Below the pieces are notes generated by a model. It was given only the letters and a program-made list of their open reading frames with translations. It made no database searches and was not told the DNA's origin. From assembly GCA_963835985.1 (NCBI GenBank), contig CAWIHV010000004.1, forward strand, positions 22,952 to 86,951: a DNA stretch of 64,000 nucleotides, written 5' to 3'. Position numbers and translations under genes: made by a program. This stretch comes from an uncultured Actinomycetes bacterium (lineage in GTDB: Bacteria > Actinomycetota > Acidimicrobiia > IMCC26256 > DASPTH01). Positions 32,116 to 41,886 of this stretch are shown in pieces (within the stretch, counting starts at the first letter, position 1; every line of letters begins with the position of its first letter).

Positions 32116-33624
32116 GCCTCGGGCTTGAGGGTCGGGAACAGGATCACCTCACGGATGCTGGTCACGCCGGCGAGGATCATCGTGAGCCGATCGATCCCGA
32201 GCCCCATGCCGCCGGTCGGCGGCAGTCCGAACTCCAACGCCCGCAGGTAGTCCTCGTCGACCGTACCGGCCTCGACATCACCCGCGGCACGTGCCGCGCG
32301 CTTCGGCTTCGAAGCGCGCGCGTTGGTCGATGGGATCGTTGAGCTCGCTGTACGCATTCGCGAGCTCGTTGCCGTTGACGACCACTTCGAACCGTTCGAC
32401 CAGGTTGGGATCGTCGCGATGTGCACGCGCCAACGGCGACGTCTCGCGCGGGTGGTCGAGCACGAACGTGGGTCGCACGAGCTTCGGCTCGACCAGCTCG
32501 TCGTAGGCCTCGTGGGTGAGACGGCCGGCGCCCCATTCGTCCTTGTACGAGAGACCGAGCCCGTCGAGCACCGCGCGTGCTGCCGCGACGTCCATCGAGG
32601 GGTGGAGGTCGACACCGACGTGCTCGCGGATGAGGTCGACCATCGTGGCGCGCGGCCAGGGCTCGGCGAGATCGACGCGCTCGCCGCGCAGCTCGAGCAC
32701 GGTGTCGCCGTTGCGCGAAGCGCGCGCCGCGGTGACGACGAGGCGCTCGGTGAGCTCCATCATGTCGTGGTAGTCGGCGAACGCCTGATAGGCCTCGAGC
32801 ATCGTGAACTCGGGGTTGTGGCTGGTGTCGACGCCCTCGTTGCGGAACACGCGCCCGATCTCGAACACGCGCTCGAAGCCACCGACGACCAGTCGCTTCA
32901 GGTGCAGTTCCGGCGCGATGCGGAGGTAGAGGTCGACGTCGAGCGCGTTGTGGTGCGTGACGAAGGGACGGGCGGTTGCCCCGCCGAGCTCGTGTCCGAG
33001 CACGGGCGTCTCGACCTCGACGAAGCCGGTGTCGGCGAGCTCGCGCCGGATCGCCGCGACCGCGGCGAAGCGGATGGCGAAGACCCGGCGCGCGTCCTCG
33101 TTGACGATGAGGTCGACGTAGCGCTGGCGGAAGCGGGTGTCGACGTCGGAGAGGCCGTGCCACTTGTCGGGCAACGGGCGCAGCGACTTGGCGAGGAGCC
33201 GGAACCCGTCGACCTTCACCGAGAGCTCGCCCTTGCGGGTGGTCATCACCGTCCCGTCGACACCGACCCAGTCACCGAGGTCGAGGGCGTCGAACGAATC
33301 GTGCGCCTCCTCGCCCAGCACGGCGCGGGAGACGAAGAGCTGCACGCTGTCGGACTGGTCGCGCACCGTGGCGAAGGTCAGCTTGCCTTGCCGGCGCAGG
33401 AGGAGGATGCGACCGGCGACCCGAACCCGCACTTCGGTCTCGGTCCCCGGGGGCAGGTCGCCGAAGTCGGCGCGGAGCTCGGCGAGGGTGCGATCGCGGT
33501 CGAAGCGGACCGGGTAGGGGTCGACGCCTCCGGCGCGCAGCTCGTCGAGATCGGCGAGGCGACGGGCCCGTTCGGCCGGGACGTCGGCCGGGACATCGGC
33601 CACGGGCGCGTCGTCGTCGGGCAT
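32112..33624 (-). CDS. lysS: Lysine--tRNA ligase (class II); one extra base near 32295
   Basis: ORFs 32278..33624 and 32112..32615 join as ...[11 protein letters not shown]|[39 protein letters not shown]-fold N-terminus and class II motifs [15 protein letters not shown] and GGMGLGIDR. Corrected length is 503 aa. Confidence 0.92.
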
Positions 33625-33695
33625 CCGGCCGATGCTAGGTGGGGGTTCTGACGGCCAGCGGTACCATTCGGCCGCCGCGATTCAGGAGATCGAAC

Positions 33696-34904
33696 ATGGA
33701 AGCCGTCATCGTCGCCACCGCCCGCACGCCCATCGGTCGGGCCAACAAGGGGTCGCTCGTCGATCTCCGTCCCGACGACCTCGGGGCCACGATCGTGCAG
33801 GCGCTGCTCGAGAAGGTGCCGAACGTCGATCCCGCGCAGGTCGAGGACGTGATCTGGGGCAACGCCCAGCCGGCCGGCGAGGCGGGCTACAACGTCGCCC
33901 GGGTGACCGCGCTGCTCGCGGGGCTCGAGGGTGCGCCCGGCGTCACCGTCAACCGCTACTGCTCGTCGTCGCTGCAGACCATCCGCATGGCCGCGCACGC
34001 GATCAAGGCCGGCGAGGGCGACGTCTTCGTCGCCGGTGGGGTCGAGACGGTGAGCCGCTTCCGTTCCGGCATGTCCGACGGCGGGCCGGGCACGCACAAC
34101 GCGAAGTTCGCCGACGCCGAAGCGCGCACCGAGTCGCGCACCGGCGGTGGCCAGAGCTCGTGGGAGCCGCTCTCGGGCCTGCCCGACATCTACATCGCGA
34201 TGGGTCAGACCGCCGAGAACGTCGCCGAGTACGCCAAGGTCACGCGCGAGGAGATGGACGAGTTCGCCGCACTGTCACAGCAACGCGCGGTCGAGTCGCA
34301 AGAGAACGGGTTCTTCGAGCGGGAGATCACGCCGGTGACCACGCCCGACGGCACCGTCGTGTCGAAGGACGACGGCCCCCGTCCCGGGACGACGGTCGAG
34401 GGTCTCTCCGCGCTGAAGCCGGTGTTCCGGCCGGACGGCACGGTGACGGCTGGGAACGCGTGCCCGTTGAACGACGGCGCGGCCGCGGTGCTCGTGATGA
34501 GCGAGGCTCGAGCCGAGGCGCTCGGCGTGCAGCCGCTCGCCCGCATCGTCGCCAGCGGCGTGTCCGCGCTCGACCCCGAGATCATGGGGCTCGGCCCCAT
34601 CGACGCGTGCCGTCAGGCAATGGGGCGTGCCGGACTCTCGATCGACGACATCGACCTGGTCGAGATCAACGAGGCGTTCGCCGCGCAGGTGGTGCCGTCG
34701 GCCCGCGAGCTCGGTATCCCGTGGGAGAAGCTGAACGTGCACGGCGGGGCGATTGCGCTCGGCCACCCGTTCGGCATGACCGGCGCCCGCATCATGACCA
34801 CGCTCCTCAACGGTCTCGAGGACGCCGGCGCCCGCTACGGCATGGAGAGCATGTGCGTCGGCGGCGGCCAGGGCATGGCCATGATCGTCGAACGCCTCGC
34901 GTAA
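33696..34904 (+). CDS. Acetyl-CoA C-acetyltransferase (thiolase II)
   Basis: ATG at 33696 with AGGAGA upstream. MEAVIVATARTPIGRA, VNRYCSSSLQ (active-site Cys), NEAFAAQ, GGAIALGHPFGMTGAR, CVGGGQGMA. Confidence 0.93.
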   Translation: MEAVIVATARTPIGRANKGSLVDLRPDDLGATIVQALLEKVPNVDPAQVEDVIWGNAQPAGEAGYNVARVTALLAGLEGAPGVTVNRYCSSSLQTIRMAAHAIKAGEGDVFVAGGVETVSRFRSGMSDGGPGTHNAKFADAEARTESRTGGGQSSWEPLSGLPDIYIAMGQTAENVAEYAKVTREEMDEFAALSQQRAVESQENGFFEREITPVTTPDGTVVSKDDGPRPGTTVEGLSALKPVFRPDGTVTAGNACPLNDGAAAVLVMSEARAEALGVQPLARIVASGVSALDPEIMGLGPIDACRQAMGRAGLSIDDIDLVEINEAFAAQVVPSARELGIPWEKLNVHGGAIALGHPFGMTGARIMTTLLNGLEDAGARYGMESMCVGGGQGMAMIVERLA

Positions 34905-34907
34905 GCA

Positions 34908-34959
34908 CCGCAAAGCCGCGCGGTTTGGCACGCAAGCGTGTCATTCCGCGCACCTTTGG
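34908..34959. repeat. Palindromic intergenic element, copy C (CCGCAAAG-N10-TGGCACG-N21-CTTTGG)
   Basis: Starts 4 nt after the thiolase stop and overlaps roughly the last 6 codons of the convergent DUF559 gene. Same spacing as copy A. Inner stem cgcgg-tt-tgg / tca-tt-ccgcg. Confidence 0.65.
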
Positions 34960-35852
34960 CCGAGCACGGCGAGCGCGATCGGAGCGAAGGTGCGATCCCG
35001 ATCGCGCAGCATGGTCGCCGTGACACGGAACATGCTCCACCCAGCGGCGACGAAGTCGTTCTGACGTGCTCGGTCGTCGTCGAACACCCGCCGGGTCGAA
35101 TGCGGCACGAAGCCGTCGAACTCGATCGCGACCTTGACGTCCGGCCACGCGAGATCGACGTAGCGCACGCGGCCTCCGACGCCCACTCGGTGGTTCAGGC
35201 AGGGTTCGGGGAGTCCGTAGCTCCGCACCGCCCGCAACACCTTGGCTTCCCACACGTTGGCCGCCCGGTGGAGCCCCGGCCCACGAGTCGCGAGCAACTC
35301 GAGGACGAGCGCGCACCCGCTCCGGCGCGGGGCCCACAGCGATTCGGCACGGTTGCGGAGCCGATCGATGGTGACGAGTCGCCGGACGATCGCGGTGTCG
35401 ACCATGTCCTCGAAAGGTGCGCGGGGTAGTCGACCGCCGAGGTCGACGAGCGTGCGCGCGACCGTCGTAGCGCGGATGCCGTCGACGTCGAGGTAGTCGA
35501 CCGGGTCGACTTCACAGCTCGTGTGGAGCACCGCGTCGTAGCGGCGCCGCGGCGCTCGAACCACGAGGATCTCGGGCGCGGGAGGTGGACCCGTGAGCCC
35601 GTGCAGTGCGGCCGCGGCGAGGCCTGCCGACACTCCGCCCGTTGCCAGGACGAGCGCCATCTGGCGTTGTCGCCAGTCGATCGGCCTCGACGCGGCGACG
35701 CGATACACACGGGGCACGATCTCCTCCCACACCCGTCGCTCGAGGAGACGCCGCACCAATGGTCGGGTGAAGCCGCACTCCAGCACTTGGGGCAGAGCAA
35801 AGACCCCATGCTGGCGACGGGCAATGATGTTGAGTTGGCGTTCCGGTGACAT
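34941..35852 (-). CDS. AbiEi-like N-terminal domain + DUF559 (endonuclease-like) protein
   Basis: From the ATG at 35852 (MSPERQLNIIARRQHGVFALPQVLECGFTRPLVRRLLERRVWEEIVPRVYRV). C-terminal VDLAWPDVKVAIEFDGFVPHSTRRVFDDDRARQNDFVAAGWSMFRVT is the DUF559/Vsr-like motif. Confidence 0.8.
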   Translation of the reverse strand: MSPERQLNIIARRQHGVFALPQVLECGFTRPLVRRLLERRVWEEIVPRVYRVAASRPIDWRQRQMALVLATGGVSAGLAAAALHGLTGPPPAPEILVVRAPRRRYDAVLHTSCEVDPVDYLDVDGIRATTVARTLVDLGGRLPRAPFEDMVDTAIVRRLVTIDRLRNRAESLWAPRRSGCALVLELLATRGPGLHRAANVWEAKVLRAVRSYGLPEPCLNHRVGVGGRVRYVDLAWPDVKVAIEFDGFVPHSTRRVFDDDRARQNDFVAAGWSMFRVTATMLRDRDRTFAPIALAVLGQRCAE

Positions 35853-35922
35853 TGCGACTCCCGCGACGACTGTGCCGGGGAAGCCATTGCCATGGTCGCG
35901 CCGAGCTACGACAACCAAACCG

Positions 35923-35975
35923 CGGCAAAGTCAGCGCGTCTTGACACGCACACGTTCCAGCACGCGAGGCTTTGG
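35923..35975. repeat. Palindromic intergenic element, copy B (CGGCAAAG-N11-TGACACG-N21-CTTTGG)
   Basis: Lies in the divergent DUF559/mscL spacer, in the same orientation as copies A and C. Its first 11 nt (cggcaaagtca) are identical to copy A. The inner stem keeps 8 of 10 pairs. Confidence 0.65.
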
Positions 35976-36010
35976 CCGTCAGACGGTCGGAGTCGACGAG
36001 GAGGAGCGAG

Positions 36011-36394
36011 ATGCTGGCGGACTTCCGGAAGTTCATCATGCGCGGGAACGTGCTCGATCTGGCGGTGGCGGTGGTCATCGGCGTGGCGTTCAACGCGGTG
36101 GTCACGTCGCTGGTCAACGACGTGATCATGCAGATCATCGCGGCCATCGTGGGCAAGCCGAACTTCAACGACCTCACCTTCACGATCGGTGAAGGCGTGA
36201 TCTACTACGGCCGGTTCCTCACCGCGCTCATCAACTTCCTGATCATCGCGGCGACGTTGTTCGTGATCATCCGGGCCTTCGAAGAGCTGCAGAAGCGGCG
36301 CAAGAGCGCCGGCGAGGACGTCGACGAGGACAAGAGCGACGAGGTCGTCCTCCTCAGCGAGATCCGCGACCTGCTGGCGCAGCGTCAGGTGTAA
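36011..36394 (+). CDS. mscL: Large-conductance mechanosensitive channel MscL
   Basis: ATG at 36011 after GAGGAGGAG. MLADFRKFIMRGNVLDLAVAVVIGVAFNAVVTSLVNDVIM. 127 aa. Confidence 0.93.
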   Translation: MLADFRKFIMRGNVLDLAVAVVIGVAFNAVVTSLVNDVIMQIIAAIVGKPNFNDLTFTIGEGVIYYGRFLTALINFLIIAATLFVIIRAFEELQKRRKSAGEDVDEDKSDEVVLLSEIRDLLAQRQV

Positions 36395-36398
36395 CCGC

Positions 36399-37646
36399 TC
36401 AGCTCAGCTCGAACGCCGGGTTGAGGCACTGGACGACCTCGGCCGGCGGGACGTCGAACATCTTGAGGTACGCCGGAAGCTGTCCCTGCACGGTGGCCTT
36501 GGTGTAGAGCACCTGGACCACGTCGTCGTCACCCGCGCCTTCGATCGGGTACGTCCCGACCAGCTGCACCCCGGTGATGTCGAGCTTCAGGCTCGTGATC
36601 TGGGGCTTGATCGACTGCAGGAGCTGCTTGGCCTCGAAGCGCGACTGCTGCTGCGTGGTGCGCTTTCCCGCCGGCGCGGTCGTGGGCGGCGCGGTCGTCG
36701 TCGTGGGCTCCTCGCCCCCCGGGACCGTCGTGGTGGTCGTGCTCGTCGTCGTGGTGGTGGTGTCGGGTGGATCGGTGGGCGGCGTGTTGCACGTGGGCGT
36801 GCCCGTCGGATGCTCGCCGGTCTCGCCGTTGTTGACGGCCCACGTGACCAACAGGTCGTGGCCCGGCGTGTAGTTCACGACGACGCGCTCGTCGTCGGGA
36901 ACCCCGCGGTTGCTGTCGCCGATGCGCTGGAGCGCCTTGGCCTGCACCTTCGCCGCGGCCTCCTGCGGGGTCGTGGTGGTGGGCGGCGGCTTGGTGGTGG
37001 TCGCCGGCGCCGTGGTGGGAGCGACGCTCGTCGGCGGCGGCACGACCGTGGTCGGCGGTGCGGTGGGCGGGGCGGTGGGCGGTTCGGTGGGCGGCGTGGT
37101 CGTGGGCGCCTCGGTGGGCGGCGGAGGGATCACCGTGATGGTGGGCGGCGGGGCGGTGGTGGTCGCCGGCGCATGCGTGGTGGTCGTGGCCGCGGGTGCC
37201 GTCGTCGACGTCGTCGTCGGGAGCGCGACGGTGCTGGACGGCGGCTGCGTGGGGATCGCGACGTTGTCGTTCGACGAGTCGCCGTCGCGCAGCGCGAGGA
37301 AGGCGATGCCGCCGATGATCCAGAGCGCCAGCACCGCTCCCGCGACGATCCGAGCCGCGGTGACGTACTGCGTGCCGGTGCGCTCACCTCGGGATCGACG
37401 GATGAGATCCGCGGCCCGCGCCGCCAGGACGAAGGCGACGATCGTGCCGATGAGCGGGATGACGATGCTGACGACGGCCCAGACCAGCGCCGCGATCGCG
37501 AACGGCTCCGTGCGCGCCTGACCCCAGCCGCCCGCCCCTCCGGAACCGCCCGCACCCGTGGGTTCCGGCTCGGGTCCGACCGGCACCGCGCTCGTCTCGT
37601 CGGGGTTCCAGGCGTTGGGATCCTGGGGCGGCTCGGAAGCGGACAT
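36399..37646 (-). CDS. Membrane-anchored Pro/Thr-rich protein (DUF4190-like N-terminus, globular C-terminal domain)
   Basis: 415 aa. Two TM helices (FAIAALVWAVVSIVIPLIGTIVAFVLA and IVAGAVLALWIIGGIAFLAL), then long PT-rich tracts (PPTTTTP, TTTTTTSTTTTT) around two short non-repetitive segments. Confidence 0.75.
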   Translation of the reverse strand: MSASEPPQDPNAWNPDETSAVPVGPEPEPTGAGGSGGAGGWGQARTEPFAIAALVWAVVSIVIPLIGTIVAFVLAARAADLIRRSRGERTGTQYVTAARIVAGAVLALWIIGGIAFLALRDGDSSNDNVAIPTQPPSSTVALPTTTSTTAPAATTTTHAPATTTAPPPTITVIPPPPTEAPTTTPPTEPPTAPPTAPPTTVVPPPTSVAPTTAPATTTKPPPTTTTPQEAAAKVQAKALQRIGDSNRGVPDDERVVVNYTPGHDLLVTWAVNNGETGEHPTGTPTCNTPPTDPPDTTTTTTSTTTTTVPGGEEPTTTTAPPTTAPAGKRTTQQQSRFEAKQLLQSIKPQITSLKLDITGVQLVGTYPIEGAGDDDVVQVLYTKATVQGQLPAYLKMFDVPPAEVVQCLNPAFELS

Positions 37647-37705
37647 CCGGGGAACACTACCGACACCCGGTCACGAAGTGGTGTCCCCTCGGTAGGCTGC
37701 GCGCC

Positions 37706-38284
37706 ATGCCGACAGCGACGATTCCCATCACCGGTGACCCGGCGGCCGACAACCTGCTCGTCACCGATCCGCTCGCCCTCGTGATCGGCATGCTGCTCGA
37801 CCAACAGGTGCCTATGGAGTGGGCGTTCCGCGGTCCCTCGACCTTGCGCGACCGCCTCGGTCGGCTCGACTGCGCGGCGATCGCGGCGATGCCGGTCGAC
37901 GACCTCGAAGCGGTCTTCAAGGAGAAGCCCGCGCTCCACCGCTATCCCGGGTCGATGGCCAAGCGCACGCACGCGCTCTGCGAGCACGTGGTCGCGGAGT
38001 ACGGCGGCGACGCCGGCAACATCTGGAAGGGCGTGAAGGATCCGCAGGTGCTGTTCGACCGCATCCGTGCGCTGCCCGGCTACGGCGACGAGAAGGCGAA
38101 GATCTTCCTGGCCATCCTGGGCAAGCGACTCAAGGTCGCGCCGAAGGGCTGGGAGGAGTACGCGGGTCCGTTCTCGGACGAGAACCCCCGGTCGGTCGCC
38201 GACATCGACTCCCCCGAGAACCTCCAGCGCGTGCGCGCGTGGAAGCAGGCTCAGAAGGCCGCCAAGAAGTCGAAGGCCGAGTAG
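37706..38284 (+). CDS. HhH-GPD-type base-excision-repair-like protein
   Basis: 192 aa. LVIGMLLDQQVPMEWAF ... ALPGYGDEKAKIFLAILGKRL (HhH, GxG). Lys-rich tail. Confidence 0.75.
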   Translation: MPTATIPITGDPAADNLLVTDPLALVIGMLLDQQVPMEWAFRGPSTLRDRLGRLDCAAIAAMPVDDLEAVFKEKPALHRYPGSMAKRTHALCEHVVAEYGGDAGNIWKGVKDPQVLFDRIRALPGYGDEKAKIFLAILGKRLKVAPKGWEEYAGPFSDENPRSVADIDSPENLQRVRAWKQAQKAAKKSKAE

Positions 38285-38290
38285 CCAGAG

Positions 38291-39562
38291 CTAGACGGCC
38301 GCAGTGTCGTCCGCGGTCTCGGGCACCGATCCTCGGGCGAGGAACTCGATCACGCCGACCAGGATCAGGCCGATCACGAAGATGAACAGGACTGCGCCGA
38401 TCCCCGGCCGGTCCCAGACGACCAGCGCCAGCACCGCGACCGCGGCGACGACCATCTCGAGCGCCCGCTTGTGCGCACCCACGAACTCCTCGACCGGGTT
38501 CGGCTGGTAGCCGAGGTCACCCGCCTTGTTCCGCGCGCCCGCGATCCCGGACGACGCCAGCTCACGCGCCTTCTTCGCCGGCGCCGACGGCCCGGCGAAG
38601 TAGGCGACGACGGCGACGATGATCCCGACCACGCCGAGCGTGATGATGCCGTAGCGGAGGTTGCGCACGAGGATGTCGAAGATCGCCGATGCGGTGCCCT
38701 CCGACACCTTCGGGCTCGTGGCGGCGTCGAGGTAGAGCGAACGCGCGATCGCCAGGAGCACCAGCGTGAGCACGCACGCGGCGACGAGCACGAGCGCGGC
38801 GCGCACGGTCAAGCGCCGGCGTCGCGGGGGCACGATCAGCGCCGACCCCGCGAGCGCGAGCACGCCGAGCACCGGCAGCACCCAGGAGAGCGTGTCGAGG
38901 ATCGACACGTACTGACGTGCCTCCGCCAGGCCTTCCGTGTTGATGATCGTGATGGTGCGGGACACCGGCGGCACGTTCACGTTCTCGAGGAACGAGAGGC
39001 CGGCATCGACCAGTTTGCCCTGCACCTGCTTGATCACGTTGCCGAGGTCGAGCGTGACCTTGCCGTCCGCGATGTTGACAGCACCCGGCGCCTTGCTCGG
39101 ATCGTCGGTCAGGAGCGCGACGAGTTGGTTGTGAGCGCGTCGGTTGGCGGCGTCCCACAGCTCCGAGAACTGCTCCGAAGCGAGAAGCTTCTCGGTGACG
39201 TCGGTGGCGTAGCTCTGCGCCGCGGTCGCGACCGGAGCCGCGAGGACCTTGGCCCGCTTGGGGAGCGCGTCCGCGACGCGCTTCTCGATGTTGGCGTTGG
39301 TGAAGATGGCGTTCACGACGGCCGCGGCGACGGTCTGCTGGATGTCGGCGTTCTCGGCCAGGGGCGAGACGGTCTCGACGTAGCGGTCGGTGTTGGTGAG
39401 CTGGTTGTGCGTCCAGATCGCGACCGCCGAGAGCGGCACGAGGATGAACCCGAGGACGAGCAGGACGACGGACGTGATCCGCTGCCACCGCTTGCCCTTG
39501 TCCGGGGTCGCGGGCGCGGACCCCGGTGGTGTCGTGGGTTCGCCTTCAGTGTCCTCGCTCAT
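38291..39562 (-). CDS. Integral membrane protein, function unknown
   Basis: 423-aa intact ORF. N-terminal TM, a large soluble segment, then a cluster of C-terminal TM helices. Overlaps the upstream HdeD-like gene by 4 nt (operon). Confidence 0.7.
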   Translation of the reverse strand: MSEDTEGEPTTPPGSAPATPDKGKRWQRITSVVLLVLGFILVPLSAVAIWTHNQLTNTDRYVETVSPLAENADIQQTVAAAVVNAIFTNANIEKRVADALPKRAKVLAAPVATAAQSYATDVTEKLLASEQFSELWDAANRRAHNQLVALLTDDPSKAPGAVNIADGKVTLDLGNVIKQVQGKLVDAGLSFLENVNVPPVSRTITIINTEGLAEARQYVSILDTLSWVLPVLGVLALAGSALIVPPRRRRLTVRAALVLVAACVLTLVLLAIARSLYLDAATSPKVSEGTASAIFDILVRNLRYGIITLGVVGIIVAVVAYFAGPSAPAKKARELASSGIAGARNKAGDLGYQPNPVEEFVGAHKRALEMVVAAVAVLALVVWDRPGIGAVLFIFVIGLILVGVIEFLARGSVPETADDTAAV

Positions 39563-40146
39563 GCAGCCAGGTCCTTGCCGATCCGCCGGTACTCGAAGCT
39601 GGCCATGAGGTCGGCGACGCCCTTGAAGATCGACCAGATGCCGATGATCGACACCAGGAGCAGCACCGAGCGATCAGGGTTGCCGATCGCCCATGCGCCC
39701 AACGCGATGCCGACGACTCCGGCGATGAGCGGCATCCACCAGCCGCGCACGTGCGTGTGCGAGAGCGCGATCACGACGTCGAAGATGCCGCGTATCAGCA
39801 GGTACCACGCCACGAACACCGAGATCACGACCAGCGTCGGTTCGGGCCACACGATCGCGGCGATGCCGGCGGCGATCGCCAGCGTTCCGCCGATGATGGC
39901 GAGCCACCGCCACCCGCCTTCGAGGACGAAGCCGAGGGCGAGTTGCGTGATACCGCCGAGCCAGAACGCGATTGCGATCAGGATCACGCACGCGGTGATC
40001 GACGCCGGTCGCAACGACAGCACGATGAACCCGAGGACCAACCACAGGATCCCGGCAACCAGCCACAGCCACCAGGTGTGCGAGTACGCGTCGGCGACCG
40101 CGCGCTCCTCGTCGGGTGTCAAGTCGATGCGCATGCTCATGCTCAT
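39559..40146 (-). CDS. HdeD/DUF308-family membrane protein
   Basis: 195 aa with six hydrophobic helices. Repeated W/G-rich pattern (WWLWLVAGILWLVLGFIVL ... IAAGIAAIVWP ... GVVGIALGAWAIGNP) is typical of DUF308. Confidence 0.75.
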   Translation of the reverse strand: MSMSMRIDLTPDEERAVADAYSHTWWLWLVAGILWLVLGFIVLSLRPASITACVILIAIAFWLGGITQLALGFVLEGGWRWLAIIGGTLAIAAGIAAIVWPEPTLVVISVFVAWYLLIRGIFDVVIALSHTHVRGWWMPLIAGVVGIALGAWAIGNPDRSVLLLVSIIGIWSIFKGVADLMASFEYRRIGKDLAA

Positions 40147-40211
40147 GCGTGCGCATTATTGCCGAATCGCGTCTCGGTGACCGTCATGGTCGTGGCGGTA
40201 CCCTCGACGTC

Positions 40212-40982
40212 GTGGCAACGGACGCGCCCACCACGTACTTCCCCTACGGCCGTTACCGGCGGCGCATCCGGCTCGTGGCGCGCGACGAGCGCACCGTGTC
40301 AGGCGGTCTGGAGGACGACCAGCACTACTTCACCGTGCAGGTGGAGCACGACGGCGCGCACGTGATCGCGATCACGGGCGAATCGGTGCGAGCACCGTGG
40401 ACAACGTGTCCCGCGGCGGGCGCGCAGCTCCAAGCACTTGTTGGCGCGCCGCTCTCCGATCGGTGTCTCGAGATCGCCGGGCACACGCGCTCCGACCAGC
40501 ACTGCACCCACCAGCTCGACGTCGCCACGCTCGCCATCGCGCACGCGGCGCGAGTGACCGCAGGCGGGTCGGAGCGCCGCCAGTACGACGCGGTCGTGCC
40601 CTTCGGTCTGCTCGACGGCGAGCGCCACACGGTGACCCTGGCCCGTGATGGCGACGCGCTCCTCGCGTGGGAGCTCGAGGGCAGCCGCATCGTCGCGCCC
40701 GTCCCCTACTCGGAGGCGAACGGCGGGTTCGCCCGCTGGGCCGACGCCACCTTCGACGCCGACACCGCCGAGGCTGCCATCGTGCTGAAGCGTGCGTGCA
40801 GCATCGGCATGAGTCGGGGCATGGACCTCGACAGCTACCCCACGCTCGCGGACATGCCCGGCCTCAGCCCGGTCTGTTGGTCGATGCAACCCGAGCGCGC
40901 GCCGGTCGCGTTCCGCAACCGCGGCCTCATCCGTGACTACGACGAGCGCCCAGAGGCGATGCTCGCCGAGGGTCCGGCCTAG
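40212..40982 (+). CDS. DUF2889-domain protein
   Basis: In ORF 40116..40982. GLEDDQHYFTVQVEHDG ... SVRAPWTTCPAAGAQLQALVGAPL ... QHCTHQLD. The GTG at 40212 is my best start guess. Confidence 0.7.
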   Translation: MATDAPTTYFPYGRYRRRIRLVARDERTVSGGLEDDQHYFTVQVEHDGAHVIAITGESVRAPWTTCPAAGAQLQALVGAPLSDRCLEIAGHTRSDQHCTHQLDVATLAIAHAARVTAGGSERRQYDAVVPFGLLDGERHTVTLARDGDALLAWELEGSRIVAPVPYSEANGGFARWADATFDADTAEAAIVLKRACSIGMSRGMDLDSYPTLADMPGLSPVCWSMQPERAPVAFRNRGLIRDYDERPEAMLAEGPA

Positions 40983-41857
40983 TACGACGAGATCACCTCG
41001 GCGCCGAACGCTTCGAGCGTCGCGGGTGCCGCGAAGTCGGTGAACCACACGTAGAAGCGTTCGACACCGCGCTCCTGCATCGCGTGGAAGTGGTCGAGCA
41101 GCTCGCTCCGACCGCCGACGACAAGCGTCGAGTAGCCGAACCGGCGACGCGCGGTCTCCTCGATCGCGGCGCGGTCGGCGCCTTCGGGCACGAACGCGTA
41201 CATGTGCTGCACCGAGACGCGCGCGTCACCCGCACGCTCGCGCATCTCGTCGAGCCGGTCGAGCTGGTGGATCGGCACGTTCCACCAGTCGGCGTGCTCT
41301 GCCACCAGCGCCATGGTCTTCGGTCCGGTGCCACCGATGACGATCGGGATGCGTCCGAGCGGCGTCGGCATCTGGCGTGCCGCGACCAGCTGGAACCACT
41401 CACCCTCGTAGTCGAGAACCTCGCCGGTCCACAGGGCGCGCACGATCTCGAGCGTCTCCTTGAGCCGACCGACGCGCTCGCGCGCCGCGGTGGGGCGCAC
41501 GCCGTAGGTGGTGAACTCCTCCACCACCGATCCCCAGCCGATGCCCAGTTCGAACCGTCCGCCCGACGCGTGGTCGAGGGTGACGGCCTCGCGTGCGAGG
41601 TTCGCGGGGTGGCGGAACGCGTCGCACAGGACGAGCTGACCCTGCACGAGCCGCTCGGTGTGTGCGAGCAGCCACGCGTTCGTCGTCAGCGCCTCGTACA
41701 TGTCGTGCTGCTCGGCCAGCGGCGGCGCGAGATGGTCCATCCCCGCCATGCCCGCGAAGCCTGCGGCCTCCGCGGCGCGCGCCTTCTCGACCATCACGTC
41801 CATGGCCAATCGCATCTGCGGGAGATACAGGTGGAACTCGGGCGTGCTCGCGCTCAT
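40979..41857 (-). CDS. LLM-class (luciferase-like) flavin/F420-dependent oxidoreductase
   Basis: From the ATG at 41857. GFAGMAGMDHL, GGRFELGIGWG, IVIGGTGPKTMALVAEHADWWN. Confidence 0.85.
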   Translation of the reverse strand: MSASTPEFHLYLPQMRLAMDVMVEKARAAEAAGFAGMAGMDHLAPPLAEQHDMYEALTTNAWLLAHTERLVQGQLVLCDAFRHPANLAREAVTLDHASGGRFELGIGWGSVVEEFTTYGVRPTAARERVGRLKETLEIVRALWTGEVLDYEGEWFQLVAARQMPTPLGRIPIVIGGTGPKTMALVAEHADWWNVPIHQLDRLDEMRERAGDARVSVQHMYAFVPEGADRAAIEETARRRFGYSTLVVGGRSELLDHFHAMQERGVERFYVWFTDFAAPATLEAFGAEVISSY

Positions 41858-41886
41858 GGCGGCACAACGTAGACGCAACTCGGAGA

